Below are positions 9,623-19,388 of a stretch of 64,000 nucleotides of DNA, one piece after another. Source of the DNA: an uncultured Acidobacteriota bacterium (lineage in GTDB: Bacteria > Acidobacteriota > Vicinamibacteria > Vicinamibacterales > CAVVIG01); assembly GCA_963724725.1 (NCBI GenBank), contig CAVRVT010000001.1, positions 19,945 through 83,944 on the forward strand, given 5' to 3'. Positions within the stretch are counted from its first letter, which is position 1. The number at the start of each line of letters is the position of its first letter. The notes beneath the pieces were generated by a model that saw only the letters and a list, made by a program, of their open reading frames with translations, did no database searches and had not been told where the DNA came from. A program made the translations under genes and the position numbers.

Positions 9623-9958
9623 CTACCAGCGCGGCTCGCGCCTGCCGCCACCACCGCCGCCGCCGCGGTTGCCGCCGTAGCCGCCACCGCCGCCGCCGAA
9701 TCCGCCTTCCGGCTTGGGACGCGCCTCATTGACCGTCAGGGCACGGCCGCCCATCTGATACTGGTTGAATTCCGACGCGGCCTTCTGCGCTTCCTCGTCC
9801 GTCGCCATTTCCACGAAGGCGAAACCGCGCGCCCGGCCAGTCGCGGCGTCGCGCATCACACGGACGGACTCGACGGTGCCGGCACGGCTGAAGAGTTCCT
9901 GAAGTTCTGCCTCACCCGTCGTGTACGGAAGGTTCCCGACGTATAGCCTGCGACCCAT
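9623..9958 (-). CDS. RRM-type RNA-binding protein with Gly-rich tail
   Basis: RNP2 LYVGNL and RNP1 RGFAFVEM; C-terminal GGFGGGGGGYGGNRGGGGGGG. Confidence 0.9.
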   Translation of the reverse strand: MGRRLYVGNLPYTTGEAELQELFSRAGTVESVRVMRDAATGRARGFAFVEMATDEEAQKAASEFNQYQMGGRALTVNEARPKPEGGFGGGGGGYGGNRGGGGGGGRREPRW

Positions 9959-10137
9959 ACCCTCACCTCATTCGGGGTGGCTGCGCGTCAGCTTGCAATC
10001 ACGGGGAGGGAGCGAGTCGGACTTGAGGCTCGATCGGCTCTCGGCGCGGACGAAGCAGGCGGGGCTGACCACCAAACGGCGGGTAGTCTATCCAACCGTG
10101 ACGGCCCCGGCAAGTCCCGGCCGGAATAGGAGGTAGG

Positions 10138-11121
10138 ATGCCTCCAGTGGCCTGGCCTGGCGCGCGAACGATCCTTCGCAAGGTCCTGAAGGGTGTCCGC
10201 AGGTCGGGCACGCTCGCCAGCGTCACGCGGCACTGGGACCAGCTGGCCTCCGACGACTTCATCGGGGACCTGGGCCGAATCTCCTGGACGGGCATCTCCC
10301 AGGTCCACCTGAATCACAATTTCCTGCTCACCGGCGACCGCGACACCTACTGGGTGGACTGGCTGCGGGACCGGTATTTTTCGGACGGACTCGCCGGCGA
10401 TGCGCTTTCACTGGGCTGCGGCGCGGGGCATCTCGATCGGATCCTCAAGAGCCGCGGCTTCAGCTTCCGTTCGTTTACGGGGATCGACGTCAGTCCACGC
10501 GCGGTCAAGCGCGCCCGCGAGCAGGCGGACGCGGTCGGCCTCGCACCGGGCATCCAGTACCTCGCCGCGGATCTGAATTCGTACGAACTTCCGATTCGAC
10601 AATTCGACTTCATCTATTTCTTCATGTCGCTGCACCACATCGAGGCGCTGGAGCACGTGCTTCAGCAATGTCAACGCGCGCTTCGTCCCGGGGGACTGCT
10701 CCTCGTCAACGAATTCGTGGGGCCCTCCAGGTTTCAATGGACCGAGCGGCAGTTGGACATGGCGAACGCGGCGCTTCGGTCGATTCCGGCAGAACTTCGA
10801 CGCGACCTCGCCAACGGCGGGCGGAAGACGACCGTCGAGCGGCCGACCGTGGAGCACATGATCCGGACCGATCCGTCGGAATCCGTGCGGTCCGCCGACA
10901 TCGAACGGCTCCTGAAGGACCACTTCGCGGTCATCGGCGAATGGAACTGGGGCGGCACGCTCAATCACCTGGTCTTCCAGAACATCGCGGGAAACTTCGA
11001 CCCCGACAACGTGGAGCACCGGGGCATTGTCGAACGGCTGATTCAGCACGAGAACGGGGTCATCGCCGCGGGGACTCTCCCGAGCGACTTCAAGGTCTTT
11101 CTCGCGAGGCCGCAGGCCTGA
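10138..11121 (+). CDS. class I SAM-dependent methyltransferase
   Basis: Motif I LSLGCGAGHL; post-I/II FDFIYFFMSLHH; LRPGGLLLVNE. Confidence 0.8.
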   Translation: MPPVAWPGARTILRKVLKGVRRSGTLASVTRHWDQLASDDFIGDLGRISWTGISQVHLNHNFLLTGDRDTYWVDWLRDRYFSDGLAGDALSLGCGAGHLDRILKSRGFSFRSFTGIDVSPRAVKRAREQADAVGLAPGIQYLAADLNSYELPIRQFDFIYFFMSLHHIEALEHVLQQCQRALRPGGLLLVNEFVGPSRFQWTERQLDMANAALRSIPAELRRDLANGGRKTTVERPTVEHMIRTDPSESVRSADIERLLKDHFAVIGEWNWGGTLNHLVFQNIAGNFDPDNVEHRGIVERLIQHENGVIAAGTLPSDFKVFLARPQA

Positions 11122-11145
11122 AGAGCGCGCCGCTATAATCCGGCC

Positions 11146-12309
11146 ATGCGCGTGTCACTGGGATCCGACCGCCTGCTGGCGTCATCCGCCCTTCAGGGTC
11201 GCCGTGTCGGCGTCGTCTGCAACCCGGCTTCGGTCGACGCGGAGCTGCGGAATATCGTCGATCGTGTGCTGGGGCTGAAGGAAACGACCCTCGCGGCGAT
11301 CTTCGGGCCGCAGCACGGCTTCCGGTCCGACGTCCAGGAGAACATGATCGAAACCGGCCACACGCGGGACGACGATCGCCGCGTGCCGATCTACTCGCTG
11401 TACAGCGAGACGCGCGAGCCGACTGCCGAGATGCTCGCAGGCCTCGACCTGCTGGTCGTTGACCTGCAGGACGTCGGCACCCGCATCTACACCTACATCT
11501 ACACGATGGCGAACTGCCTGCGCGCGGCGCGCCGGCACGGCGTCAAGGTTGTCGTCTGCGATCGACCGAATCCAATTGGAGGCGCGGCGGTCGAAGGCCC
11601 GATGCTGGTGCGCGGATACGAATCGTTCGTCGGACTGTTTCCAATTCCGATGCGGCACGGGATGACGATCGGCGAGCTCGCGCGACTCTTCAACGAGGAA
11701 TTCGATATCGGCGCGGATCTCGAGGTCGTCGCCATGGACGGCTGGCGCCGCGAAATGTACTTCGACGACACCAACGTTCCCTGGGTGCTTCCGTCGCCCA
11801 ACCTGCCGACCCTGGACAGCGCGATCGTCTACCCCGGAACCGTGCTCTTCGAGGGTACCAATGTGTCGGAAGGCCGAGGCACGACGCGTCCCTTCGAGCT
11901 CCTGGGCGCGCCGTGGATCCACGCCGAGACGTTCGCCGAGTCGCTCAACCGGCTCGGGCTGCCGGGCGTCAAGTTCCGGCCCACAGTCATCGAGCCGACC
12001 TTTCACAAGCATGCACACGCGCCCTGCGGCGGTTGCCAGATTCACGTCCTCGATCGGCGTGCGTTCCGTCCAGTCGAAACCGGGGTCGCGCTGCTGACCG
12101 CCTTCCGCGCGTGCGGACCGGGACGTTTCGCGTGGCGTGAGCCGCCGTACCAGTACGAGCACGAAAAACTGCCGATCGACATCCTGGCTGGATGCTCGGA
12201 GCTCCGCGAGCAGATCGAGAGCGGGATGCCGGCGGTCGAGATGGCGCGATCATGGCGCCGGGATGTCGAGGCGTTCATGAAGGTCCGCCAGCGATTCCTC
12301 ATTTACTAA
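11146..12309 (+). CDS. DUF1343/NamZ-like exo-beta-N-acetylmuramidase family protein
   Basis: GRRVGVVCNPASVD...FGPQHGFRSDVQENM...VVDLQDVGTRIYTYI. Confidence 0.85.
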   Translation: MRVSLGSDRLLASSALQGRRVGVVCNPASVDAELRNIVDRVLGLKETTLAAIFGPQHGFRSDVQENMIETGHTRDDDRRVPIYSLYSETREPTAEMLAGLDLLVVDLQDVGTRIYTYIYTMANCLRAARRHGVKVVVCDRPNPIGGAAVEGPMLVRGYESFVGLFPIPMRHGMTIGELARLFNEEFDIGADLEVVAMDGWRREMYFDDTNVPWVLPSPNLPTLDSAIVYPGTVLFEGTNVSEGRGTTRPFELLGAPWIHAETFAESLNRLGLPGVKFRPTVIEPTFHKHAHAPCGGCQIHVLDRRAFRPVETGVALLTAFRACGPGRFAWREPPYQYEHEKLPIDILAGCSELREQIESGMPAVEMARSWRRDVEAFMKVRQRFLIY

Positions 12310-12375
12310 GCCCTGATTTATAGATTCCTAATACAACCCAGGCTGAGCTATAACTGGAGCATCCAAGGAGGGCAG

Positions 12376-14346
12376 ATGTCGAAGCTCTTGGCGGCGGCCG
12401 CAGCGCTGACGCTCGTGATCACGGCGGCTGGGCTCAACGGATCGGCGCGGTCCGGGGCGCCTGCGACCGGCGACGTCTACACCGCCATCCGAACGAATGA
12501 CCTCGCACGTTTGAAGGCGCTCGTCTCGACCCGAGCCGACGCCAACGTCAAGGACGAGGGCGGTGAGACGCCTCTGACGTACGCGGCATCGGCCGGTTCG
12601 CTCGAGGCGATGAAATACCTCCTCGACACCGGCGCGGACGTCAACGCCCGGAACACCTTCGGAACGACGGCGCTCATCGGGTCGGCAACGGACCTCGCCA
12701 AGGCCCGCCTGCTCGTCGAACGGGGTGCAGACGTGAACCTCGCACCGCAGACCGGACGCTCGGCCTTGTTTGTTGCCGCCATGAGTACTCCCTCCGCTGA
12801 CATCGTCCGGTTCCTGGCATCTCGTGGCGCGAACATGAAGGCCCGGGACGCCTTCCAGAACACGATGCTGTCGGCAGCCGCCATTGGCGATGACGTCGAG
12901 ACGGTGCGGATCGCGCTCGAGGCTGGCGTGGACCCGAATGCCGCCGGCGTGACGGGCCTGGCGCCGCTCATCTCCGCGTCGTACAACGGCAACCTCGCGG
13001 TCGTCTCGCTGCTGCTCGCCAAAGGCGCCAAGCCGAACGTGGTGGCGCAGACGCCGCTGATGTTTCCTGGTGAGTCACCCAAGAGCGGTCCGCTCGCGCT
13101 CGGCTCCGTGACCCCGCTGCTGGCCGCGACCGCCGCCGGTTCGTACGGCGTGGTGAAGGCGCTCCTCGACGCGGGCGCCGACGTCAACGCGAAGGACGGC
13201 CGCAACATGACGGCGCTGATGGTCGCCGTCGCCACCAACCATCAGGACCGGGCGCTCATCGGACTGCTGCTCGAACGCGGCGCGGACGTCGCGGTAAAGA
13301 GCAATGTCGGCGAAACGGCTGCGGACTGGGCGCGCAAACTGGGAGGCGCCGCGGCGCTCGACGCGCTCAAGATCGACCGCCGCGCGCCCGCCGCTTCGGA
13401 ACCCGTTCCCGCGCCCGCGACGACGGTCAAAGCCGCTGCCGAACGCGCCCTCGCGCTCCTCGAGACGTCGAGCCAGAAGTTCTTCGACGGCAGCGGCTGC
13501 GTCTCGTGTCACCACCAGAGCATCACGGACATGGCGGCGGCCGAATCGCGCGCCCACGGCCTGAAGGTGAACGCAGACGCGATCGTCGCGCGGATGAAGA
13601 TGCTGCAGTCGGCGCCGCCAGCTCCACTGCTGCTCGAGCGGATGGACATCAGCGTGCCCGAGATTTTCGCGTCAGCGCTGACCGGCCTCGCCGCGCTGGG
13701 CCAGACGCCCAATCGCGTCACCGACCTGCTGGCGGCGAACATCGCCGCGACGCAGGCGGCCGACGGCTCATGGCACGTCGCCGGCGGCATCGGCGATCGC
13801 CCGCCGGCCGAGGAAGGCTTCATCACGAGGACGGCGCTCTGCATCCGCGCGCTGAAGGTGTACGGCCCGCCGGGACGCGCCCCTGAAATGACCGACCGCG
13901 TCGCGCGGGCGCGTCGCTGGCTCGAGTCGGCGGCGCCGTTGACGGCCGAGGAACGCAACATGAAGCTGCTCGGTTTGATGTGGGCAGGCGCGGACGCGGA
14001 CGCGCGAAAGCCGCTCGCCGCGCAAATTCTTTCGGCGCAGCGGCCCGATGGCGGCTGGCGCCAGATCGAGGCTCTGCCGAGCGACGCCTATGCGACAGGT
14101 CAGTCGTTGTACGCCCTCGCGAAGGCCGGCGGCCTGGCCGCGACTGATCCGGCGTATCAGCGAGGCGTCAGGTTCCTCCTGTCGACGCAAAGCGACACAG
14201 GCGCATGGCGCGTCACCAGCCGTTCCCCGAAGTTCCAGGCGTACTTCAACAGCGGATTCCCGTACGCAGGCGATCAGTGGATCAGTGCGTGGGCAACTGG
14301 CTGGGCGACGATGGCGCTCGCGCAGGCGGCGACGACGGTGCCGTAG
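12376..14346 (+). CDS. secreted fusion protein: ankyrin repeats, CxxCH haem-c motif, prenyltransferase/terpene-cyclase-like repeats
   Basis: Signal-like N-terminus. About 8 ankyrin units (GETPLTYAA..G..E..KYLLD.GADVNA). GCVSCHH. C-terminal QRPDGGWRQ / TQSDTGAWRV repeats. Confidence 0.85.
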   Translation: MSKLLAAAAALTLVITAAGLNGSARSGAPATGDVYTAIRTNDLARLKALVSTRADANVKDEGGETPLTYAASAGSLEAMKYLLDTGADVNARNTFGTTALIGSATDLAKARLLVERGADVNLAPQTGRSALFVAAMSTPSADIVRFLASRGANMKARDAFQNTMLSAAAIGDDVETVRIALEAGVDPNAAGVTGLAPLISASYNGNLAVVSLLLAKGAKPNVVAQTPLMFPGESPKSGPLALGSVTPLLAATAAGSYGVVKALLDAGADVNAKDGRNMTALMVAVATNHQDRALIGLLLERGADVAVKSNVGETAADWARKLGGAAALDALKIDRRAPAASEPVPAPATTVKAAAERALALLETSSQKFFDGSGCVSCHHQSITDMAAAESRAHGLKVNADAIVARMKMLQSAPPAPLLLERMDISVPEIFASALTGLAALGQTPNRVTDLLAANIAATQAADGSWHVAGGIGDRPPAEEGFITRTALCIRALKVYGPPGRAPEMTDRVARARRWLESAAPLTAEERNMKLLGLMWAGADADARKPLAAQILSAQRPDGGWRQIEALPSDAYATGQSLYALAKAGGLAATDPAYQRGVRFLLSTQSDTGAWRVTSRSPKFQAYFNSGFPYAGDQWISAWATGWATMALAQAATTVP

Positions 14347-14347
14347 T

Positions 14348-14373
14348 CACGCTCGGCCGAAGCCTCGCGCTCC
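14348..14373 (+). repeat. 26-nt dispersed element (copy 2), 2 nt after the stop of the ankyrin gene
   Basis: CACGCTCGGCCGAAGCCTCGCGCTCC is the exact reverse complement of 625-650 and a near match to 24035-24059. Confidence 0.7.
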
Positions 14374-14418
14374 TGGGAGCTCCGCACCCAGCACTCTGAA
14401 CTCGCTGGCGCCGATGAC

Positions 14419-15282
14419 TCAGCCCCGCGTTTTGGCGATGGCGGGCGCCGCGGCTTCCTGCGCCGACTCGGGCTCGAGATGATTGGTGATGAGGTGGTCG
14501 CGCAGCTGGTCGAACGCGTCGCTCGGCGTGTCGGCGTAGCGAATGAGCTCGAGATCGTTTTCCGCGATGGCGCCCCATTCAGCCATCGGGTCGAGGCGCA
14601 GGACCTGGTCCCAGTACTCACGGCCGTACAGAATCACGCCGATCTTCTTCGATAATTTGTCGGTCTGCACGAGCGTCAGGATTTCGAACAGCTCGTCACA
14701 CGTGCCGAACCCGCCGGGGAAGATCACCAGCGCCTTCGACAGGTAGGCGAACCAGAACTTGCGCATGAAGAAGTAGTGGAACTCGAAGTGCAACCGGTCG
14801 CTGATGTACGGATTGGCGCCCTGCTCGAACGGCAGGCGGATGTTCAGACCGATCGTTTTGCCGCCGGCCTCTCGCGCGCCGCGGTTGGCGGCTTCCATGA
14901 TGCCCGGGCCGCCGCCCGACGTGACGACGAACCGGTGATTGTCTGACTGCAGCGACGAACTCCAGGTCGTGAGCATCCGGGCCAGTTCGCGGGCCTCTTC
15001 GTAGTAGCGCGCCCATTCGAGCGCCCTGTGCGTTTTGGTCAGCTCTTGCTGGTAGTGCTCGTCCGCGTTCTGTACGCCCCGCGCCTTCAAGGTGCGCATG
15101 GCCCGTTCGGCGCGCTCGCGACTGTCGACGCGGGCGGATCCGAAGAACACGACGGTGTCCTGAATCTTTTCGTCCTTGAAGCGCCGCAGCGGCTCGAGGT
15201 ACTCGGCCAGGATGCGGATCGGCCGGGCTTCCTCGCTTTCGAGAAACTCCGGGTGGAGGTACGCCAACGGCTGCTGCGACAT
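14419..15282 (-). CDS. LOG-family (TIGR00730-type) nucleotide-binding/phosphoribohydrolase protein
   Basis: VVFFGSAR...VTSGGGPGIMEAANRGA...PGGFGTCDELFEILTLVQT. Start taken at MSQQPL (15282). Confidence 0.85.
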   Translation of the reverse strand: MSQQPLAYLHPEFLESEEARPIRILAEYLEPLRRFKDEKIQDTVVFFGSARVDSRERAERAMRTLKARGVQNADEHYQQELTKTHRALEWARYYEEARELARMLTTWSSSLQSDNHRFVVTSGGGPGIMEAANRGAREAGGKTIGLNIRLPFEQGANPYISDRLHFEFHYFFMRKFWFAYLSKALVIFPGGFGTCDELFEILTLVQTDKLSKKIGVILYGREYWDQVLRLDPMAEWGAIAENDLELIRYADTPSDAFDQLRDHLITNHLEPESAQEAAAPAIAKTRG

Positions 15283-15383
15283 GAAGATCAATTTACCACC
15301 AGGTGCTATCATTCGCGGCTCATGCCACGACCTTCCACCCCGCAACCACCTGCCAGGCCGCGCAGCCGCGCGAACCCCGGCGC

Positions 15384-15854
15384 GTGACGACCATCACCAA
15401 GTCCCCCGAGCTCGACATCAGCGCGTTCATCGACGCGCCACCGGGGCTGGTGATGAAGGCGTTCTTCGACGTCCAGGCACTGCGGGCCTGGTGGCAGGTG
15501 CAACACGCCGTGGTCTCGCCGCGCGTGCTCGGACCCTACGCAATTCAGTGGCCCGCAACGGATTTCAGCGACGAGCTCCTGGGACGCCTCGGCGGCGTGT
15601 TCCGCGGCACCGTGATGCAGGCGCACCCGACAGAAGGATTCTTCGTCGCCGACGCCTACTGGCTGCCGCCTGACGGTGAACCGATCGGACCGATGGCGCT
15701 GCATGTCGCCATCAGCCCCGCGGGCCTCGGCACAAAGGTTCGGATCACACAGAACGGTTTCGAGGAGGGCGCGCGCTGGCGGCGATACTACGAGGTTGTC
15801 GCGCATGGGTGGGAACGCGCGCTGGCGTCGTTGAAGTCGCTGCTGGAGAAGTAA
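15384..15854 (+). CDS. SRPBCC/AHSA1-like domain protein
   Basis: ISAFIDAPPGLVMKAFFDVQALRAWW...WERALASLKSLLE. GTG at 15384 is chosen to leave room for the divergent promoter. Confidence 0.7.
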   Translation: MTTITKSPELDISAFIDAPPGLVMKAFFDVQALRAWWQVQHAVVSPRVLGPYAIQWPATDFSDELLGRLGGVFRGTVMQAHPTEGFFVADAYWLPPDGEPIGPMALHVAISPAGLGTKVRITQNGFEEGARWRRYYEVVAHGWERALASLKSLLEK

Positions 15855-15908
15855 TCCAGCCACGAAGGCACGACGGCTCGAAAGGTTCGTGTGTTCGTGT
15901 CCGATGAC

Positions 15909-16514
15909 TCAGTCGCGGCGTCGTGCGCGGAAGAGGAGATACGCGAGACCGGCGCCGACAGCGGCCGCCCCCGCGACGAGCGCCACGCCCGCGTAAGTGA
16001 CGGGGCCCGGCGGCGGCGGAATACTGCCGAGCGCCTGCTCGCTCGTCGCCCGGCGACGCTGCAACTCCAGCTTCAGGCTGGCCTCGCCCTGCGCCATCGC
16101 CCACCGGTGATTCGCCTCGAAGAGCGGCCGAAGCAGAAACGAGAGATGGCGGAGCAGCGGCTTCTCCGCGCGCAGCCGCCAGTCGTACTCGATATCCACG
16201 TGCGCGCCGTCCTGCGTGAACGTCCACTCGCCGCGACCGTTGAAGTCGCCGCTCGCCACAATCACGAACCCTGACGGATACCGCGACTCGACGACCTCGA
16301 ATGCCCACGCGATCGCGTACGGCAGCCATCCCTTCGTCACGAGGGCGACGCGGCGGCCGAGGCCTCGCGCGTCCGCCGGCGTGATCTCGGTGACCGACAG
16401 ATAGACGGAGGGCCACCAGCGTGGAAGGGCGACCGGGTCCCCGAGGACGTCGGCCACCTCCCCGCACGTCCCCTCGACCCGCCAGTTGCTGACGAAGTGA
16501 TAGGTGTTATTCAC
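15909..16514 (-). CDS. SRPBCC (polyketide cyclase/dehydrase-like) protein with C-terminal TM anchor
   Basis: FVSNWRVEGTCGEVADVLGDPVALPRWWPSVY; C-terminal VALVAGAAAVGAGLAYLLF. Confidence 0.75.
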   Translation of the reverse strand: MNNTYHFVSNWRVEGTCGEVADVLGDPVALPRWWPSVYLSVTEITPADARGLGRRVALVTKGWLPYAIAWAFEVVESRYPSGFVIVASGDFNGRGEWTFTQDGAHVDIEYDWRLRAEKPLLRHLSFLLRPLFEANHRWAMAQGEASLKLELQRRRATSEQALGSIPPPPGPVTYAGVALVAGAAAVGAGLAYLLFRARRRD

Positions 16515-17931
16515 CCGGTGGCGGAATGGGCGTTCCGTCAGCGTCCAGGAACGTGATGTTCTTGAACTCGCTGAGCTGATTCTTCACCTTCGAGTAGTCG
16601 CCGACGATCGCGATGACCGAATCCTGCGATCCGAGCAGCGTCGCCGCCGCACTCTTCACCTGCTCCGACGTCACGGCCGCGATTTTCGCGCGGTACGTTT
16701 CAGGATAGTCCTTCGGCAAACCGAACACGTAGACGTTGTTCAGTGTGGTCGCGAGCCCGCTCTGCGTGGCCGTCTGAATCGGGAACAGGCCGCGCATGTA
16801 CTGCTTCGCGCCCTGCAGCTCCGCGCCGTCGCTGCCGCCGGCACGCATCGTATCGATTTCCTTGAAGACTTCGGCGAGCGTCGCGCCCGTGACCTCGTTC
16901 CGCACATCCGCGCTGAATCGGTAGAACCCCGCGTCGGCGAACCCGGTCAGCGCGGAACCCGGCGAATACGTGTACCCCTTCTCCTCGCGGATGTTCCTGA
17001 TGATGCGCGAGTTGAATGCGCCGCCAAAGATCGTGTTCGCCAGCGACAGCTCATACCAGCGGGGGTCGCTGCGCTTGATCGCCATGTTGCCGACCGAGAT
17101 CGACGACTGGATGCTGTTCGGCCGCTGGACGAAGTACACGTGACGGCCGCCGAGCGCCGGGGCCGCCGCAAACGTCGCGTTCGGGACGTCTCCGCGCGCC
17201 CAGGCGCCGAAGGACTTTTCGACCGCCGCCATGGTCGCATCCGGGTTCACGTCGCCGACGATCAGGACAAAGGCATTGCCCGGACGATAGTGCGACTTGT
17301 GAAATGCGTCGATCTTCTGGCGATCGATCGCCTGAAGCGTCGTTTCGGTTTCGCTGGTCCGGGCGTACGGATGGTTGCCGAACAGCTGCTGGCGGAACGT
17401 GCGGTTCGACAGGAACTGGGGCGACGCCTTGTTCTGCATCGCGGCCTGAAGGTGCTGCTGCTTCAGAATCGCGACTTCCTCGGCCGGGATGGCCGGGTTC
17501 ATCACGACGTCCGCCAGGAGGTCGATGAGTTTCGGCGTGAACTCCGACAGTCCGCGCGCGGAAATCGATGAATAGTCCTGCGACACGGTGGCCGTGATCG
17601 ATCCGCCCATGCCGAAGACGTCGCGGCGGACTTCCTTGCTGGTCCGCGTCTTCGTGCCTTCCTGAATCGCATCCGCCGTCATCTGCGCCAACCCGGTCTG
17701 GTCGGCGGGGTCGCCCGCGTAGCCCGACAACACGGTCACCGTGACGGTCACTTTCGGCACGACCGTCTGCCTGGTCACGATGACCCGGAGTCCGTTGGGC
17801 AGCGTGCGCTCCATGCGCGGTGCGAGCTGGAAAGGCCGCTCGGGTCCGACGGTCGGCCGCTCCTGCGCCGACGCCTGCGCCACGGCCGCGAGCACGACCG
17901 CCGCCAGAGCGGAAAAGAGTCTGCGTCTCAT
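16507..17931 (-). CDS. M16 (pitrilysin) family peptidase, non-catalytic-type subunit
   Basis: Signal peptide and M16 fold (LPNGLRVIV..). The HxxEH position reads GLAQMTADAIQEGT. 4-nt overlap with the upstream partner. Confidence 0.9.
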   Translation of the reverse strand: MRRRLFSALAAVVLAAVAQASAQERPTVGPERPFQLAPRMERTLPNGLRVIVTRQTVVPKVTVTVTVLSGYAGDPADQTGLAQMTADAIQEGTKTRTSKEVRRDVFGMGGSITATVSQDYSSISARGLSEFTPKLIDLLADVVMNPAIPAEEVAILKQQHLQAAMQNKASPQFLSNRTFRQQLFGNHPYARTSETETTLQAIDRQKIDAFHKSHYRPGNAFVLIVGDVNPDATMAAVEKSFGAWARGDVPNATFAAAPALGGRHVYFVQRPNSIQSSISVGNMAIKRSDPRWYELSLANTIFGGAFNSRIIRNIREEKGYTYSPGSALTGFADAGFYRFSADVRNEVTGATLAEVFKEIDTMRAGGSDGAELQGAKQYMRGLFPIQTATQSGLATTLNNVYVFGLPKDYPETYRAKIAAVTSEQVKSAAATLLGSQDSVIAIVGDYSKVKNQLSEFKNITFLDADGTPIPPPGE

Positions 17932-19325
17932 TTCGTCGCTCCTTCCGGTACGCGATCGATGACGGTCCGGTTCGCCGGGACCAGATACTTGCGCGCCGCG
18001 GCGCGGACCTCCGCAGCCGTCACCTTGTCGAGGTCCGTCAGGATCGTGTTGATGCGATTCGGATCATCGTCGTACAGCGAGAGCGCGGCCAGCAGATCGG
18101 CGCGACCGAAGCCGGGAATGATTCCGCCCTCGAGGTTTTCGAGGAACTGCGATCGGAAGTTGATCTTCGCCTGTTGAAGCTCTTCGTCCGTGATGCCGTG
18201 CTCCTGGACGGCGCCGATCACCTTGTCCACGATCTTGAGGACATCGGCGCCCTTCATGTCCGGCCGGTAGTCCACGCGGAACGTGTAGAGCATCGGCCCG
18301 TTGTAGTCGAAGTTGTTGCCGAGCCCGTAGTTGAATCCGCCGCTGACGGCCGACGCGATCTGGTTTTCCTTGACGAGCGCCTGGTACAGCTTCGCGCTCT
18401 CGTCGCTCACGAGCAGCGGGTCGAGGAGGGAGAGCGCGAAGAAATCCTTCGTCATCCGCTCCGGCAGGTGATAGGCGAAGGCCACGGCCGGCGTGCGCGC
18501 CAGCTTGTCCTTCTCGACGAACGTCTTCTCCGCCGTCTGTGGCGGCTCGCTGATATCGGGACGCGGCGGCAGCGGGCGCTGCGGGATTCCGGCGAACTGC
18601 TTCTCGGCCAGCTTCATCACTTCGTCGACGGTCGCATCGCCGGTCACCACCAGCACGGCGTTGTTGGGCGCGTAGTACGTGTCGAAGAATTTCTTCACGT
18701 CGTCGAGCGTCGCCGCCTCGAGCTCGGACAGATCGCCGTAGAAGTTGTGCGCGTTGTACCAGTTCGTGTTCGCCTTCTGCGGCAGCCCGAGCCATTCGAA
18801 AGCGGCGTACGGCTGGTTGAGGACGTTGACGCGCACCTCCTCGCTGACAACGTCCTTCTGGTTCTGCAGCGTCTCGGGCGTGATCTTGAGCGAGCGCATC
18901 CGATCCGCCTCGAGATACATCGCGATTTCGAGCGCGTTCGACGGCATCACCTCGAAGTAATTCGTGTGGTCGAATCGCGTCGACCCGTTCAGCACGCCGC
19001 CGTTCTCGTTCACGATGCGCACGTGCTCGAACTTCGCGACGTGCTCGGACCCCTGGAACATCATGTGCTCGAAGAGGTGAGCGAAGCCGGTGCGCCCTTT
19101 CGGCTCGATGCGGAAGCCGATCCGGTACATGACCTCGACGACGACGACCGGCGCGGAGTGGTTCTCGCTGACGACCACCCGCAGGCCGTTCGACAGCTTC
19201 CGGTATGTCACCGGAACCGAGAATTTGGACGACGAACTGCTCGGCTGCGCGCCAAGTGTTGCAGTGGCGGACACCGCCAGACAGGCCGCAAAAACAGCGT
19301 TTCGCATAAACCGTGAATCTACCAT
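17928..19325 (-). CDS. M16 (pitrilysin) family zinc peptidase, catalytic-type subunit
   Basis: GFAHLFEHMMFQGSEH (HxxEH) and NGSTRFDHTNYF. Confidence 0.9.
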   Translation of the reverse strand: MVDSRFMRNAVFAACLAVSATATLGAQPSSSSSKFSVPVTYRKLSNGLRVVVSENHSAPVVVVEVMYRIGFRIEPKGRTGFAHLFEHMMFQGSEHVAKFEHVRIVNENGGVLNGSTRFDHTNYFEVMPSNALEIAMYLEADRMRSLKITPETLQNQKDVVSEEVRVNVLNQPYAAFEWLGLPQKANTNWYNAHNFYGDLSELEAATLDDVKKFFDTYYAPNNAVLVVTGDATVDEVMKLAEKQFAGIPQRPLPPRPDISEPPQTAEKTFVEKDKLARTPAVAFAYHLPERMTKDFFALSLLDPLLVSDESAKLYQALVKENQIASAVSGGFNYGLGNNFDYNGPMLYTFRVDYRPDMKGADVLKIVDKVIGAVQEHGITDEELQQAKINFRSQFLENLEGGIIPGFGRADLLAALSLYDDDPNRINTILTDLDKVTAAEVRAAARKYLVPANRTVIDRVPEGATK

Positions 19326-19350
19326 AGGGACATAGACGAAATCGGTGGCT

Positions 19351-19388
19351 CGATGGATTCGCCGTTACTGGATGGATTCGCCGCTACC
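19351..19388. repeat. 19-nt tandem direct repeat (2 copies)
   Basis: GATGGATTCGCCGTTACTG / GATGGATTCGCCGCTACCT. It spans the mscS stop and lies upstream of the M16 operon. Confidence 0.6.
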
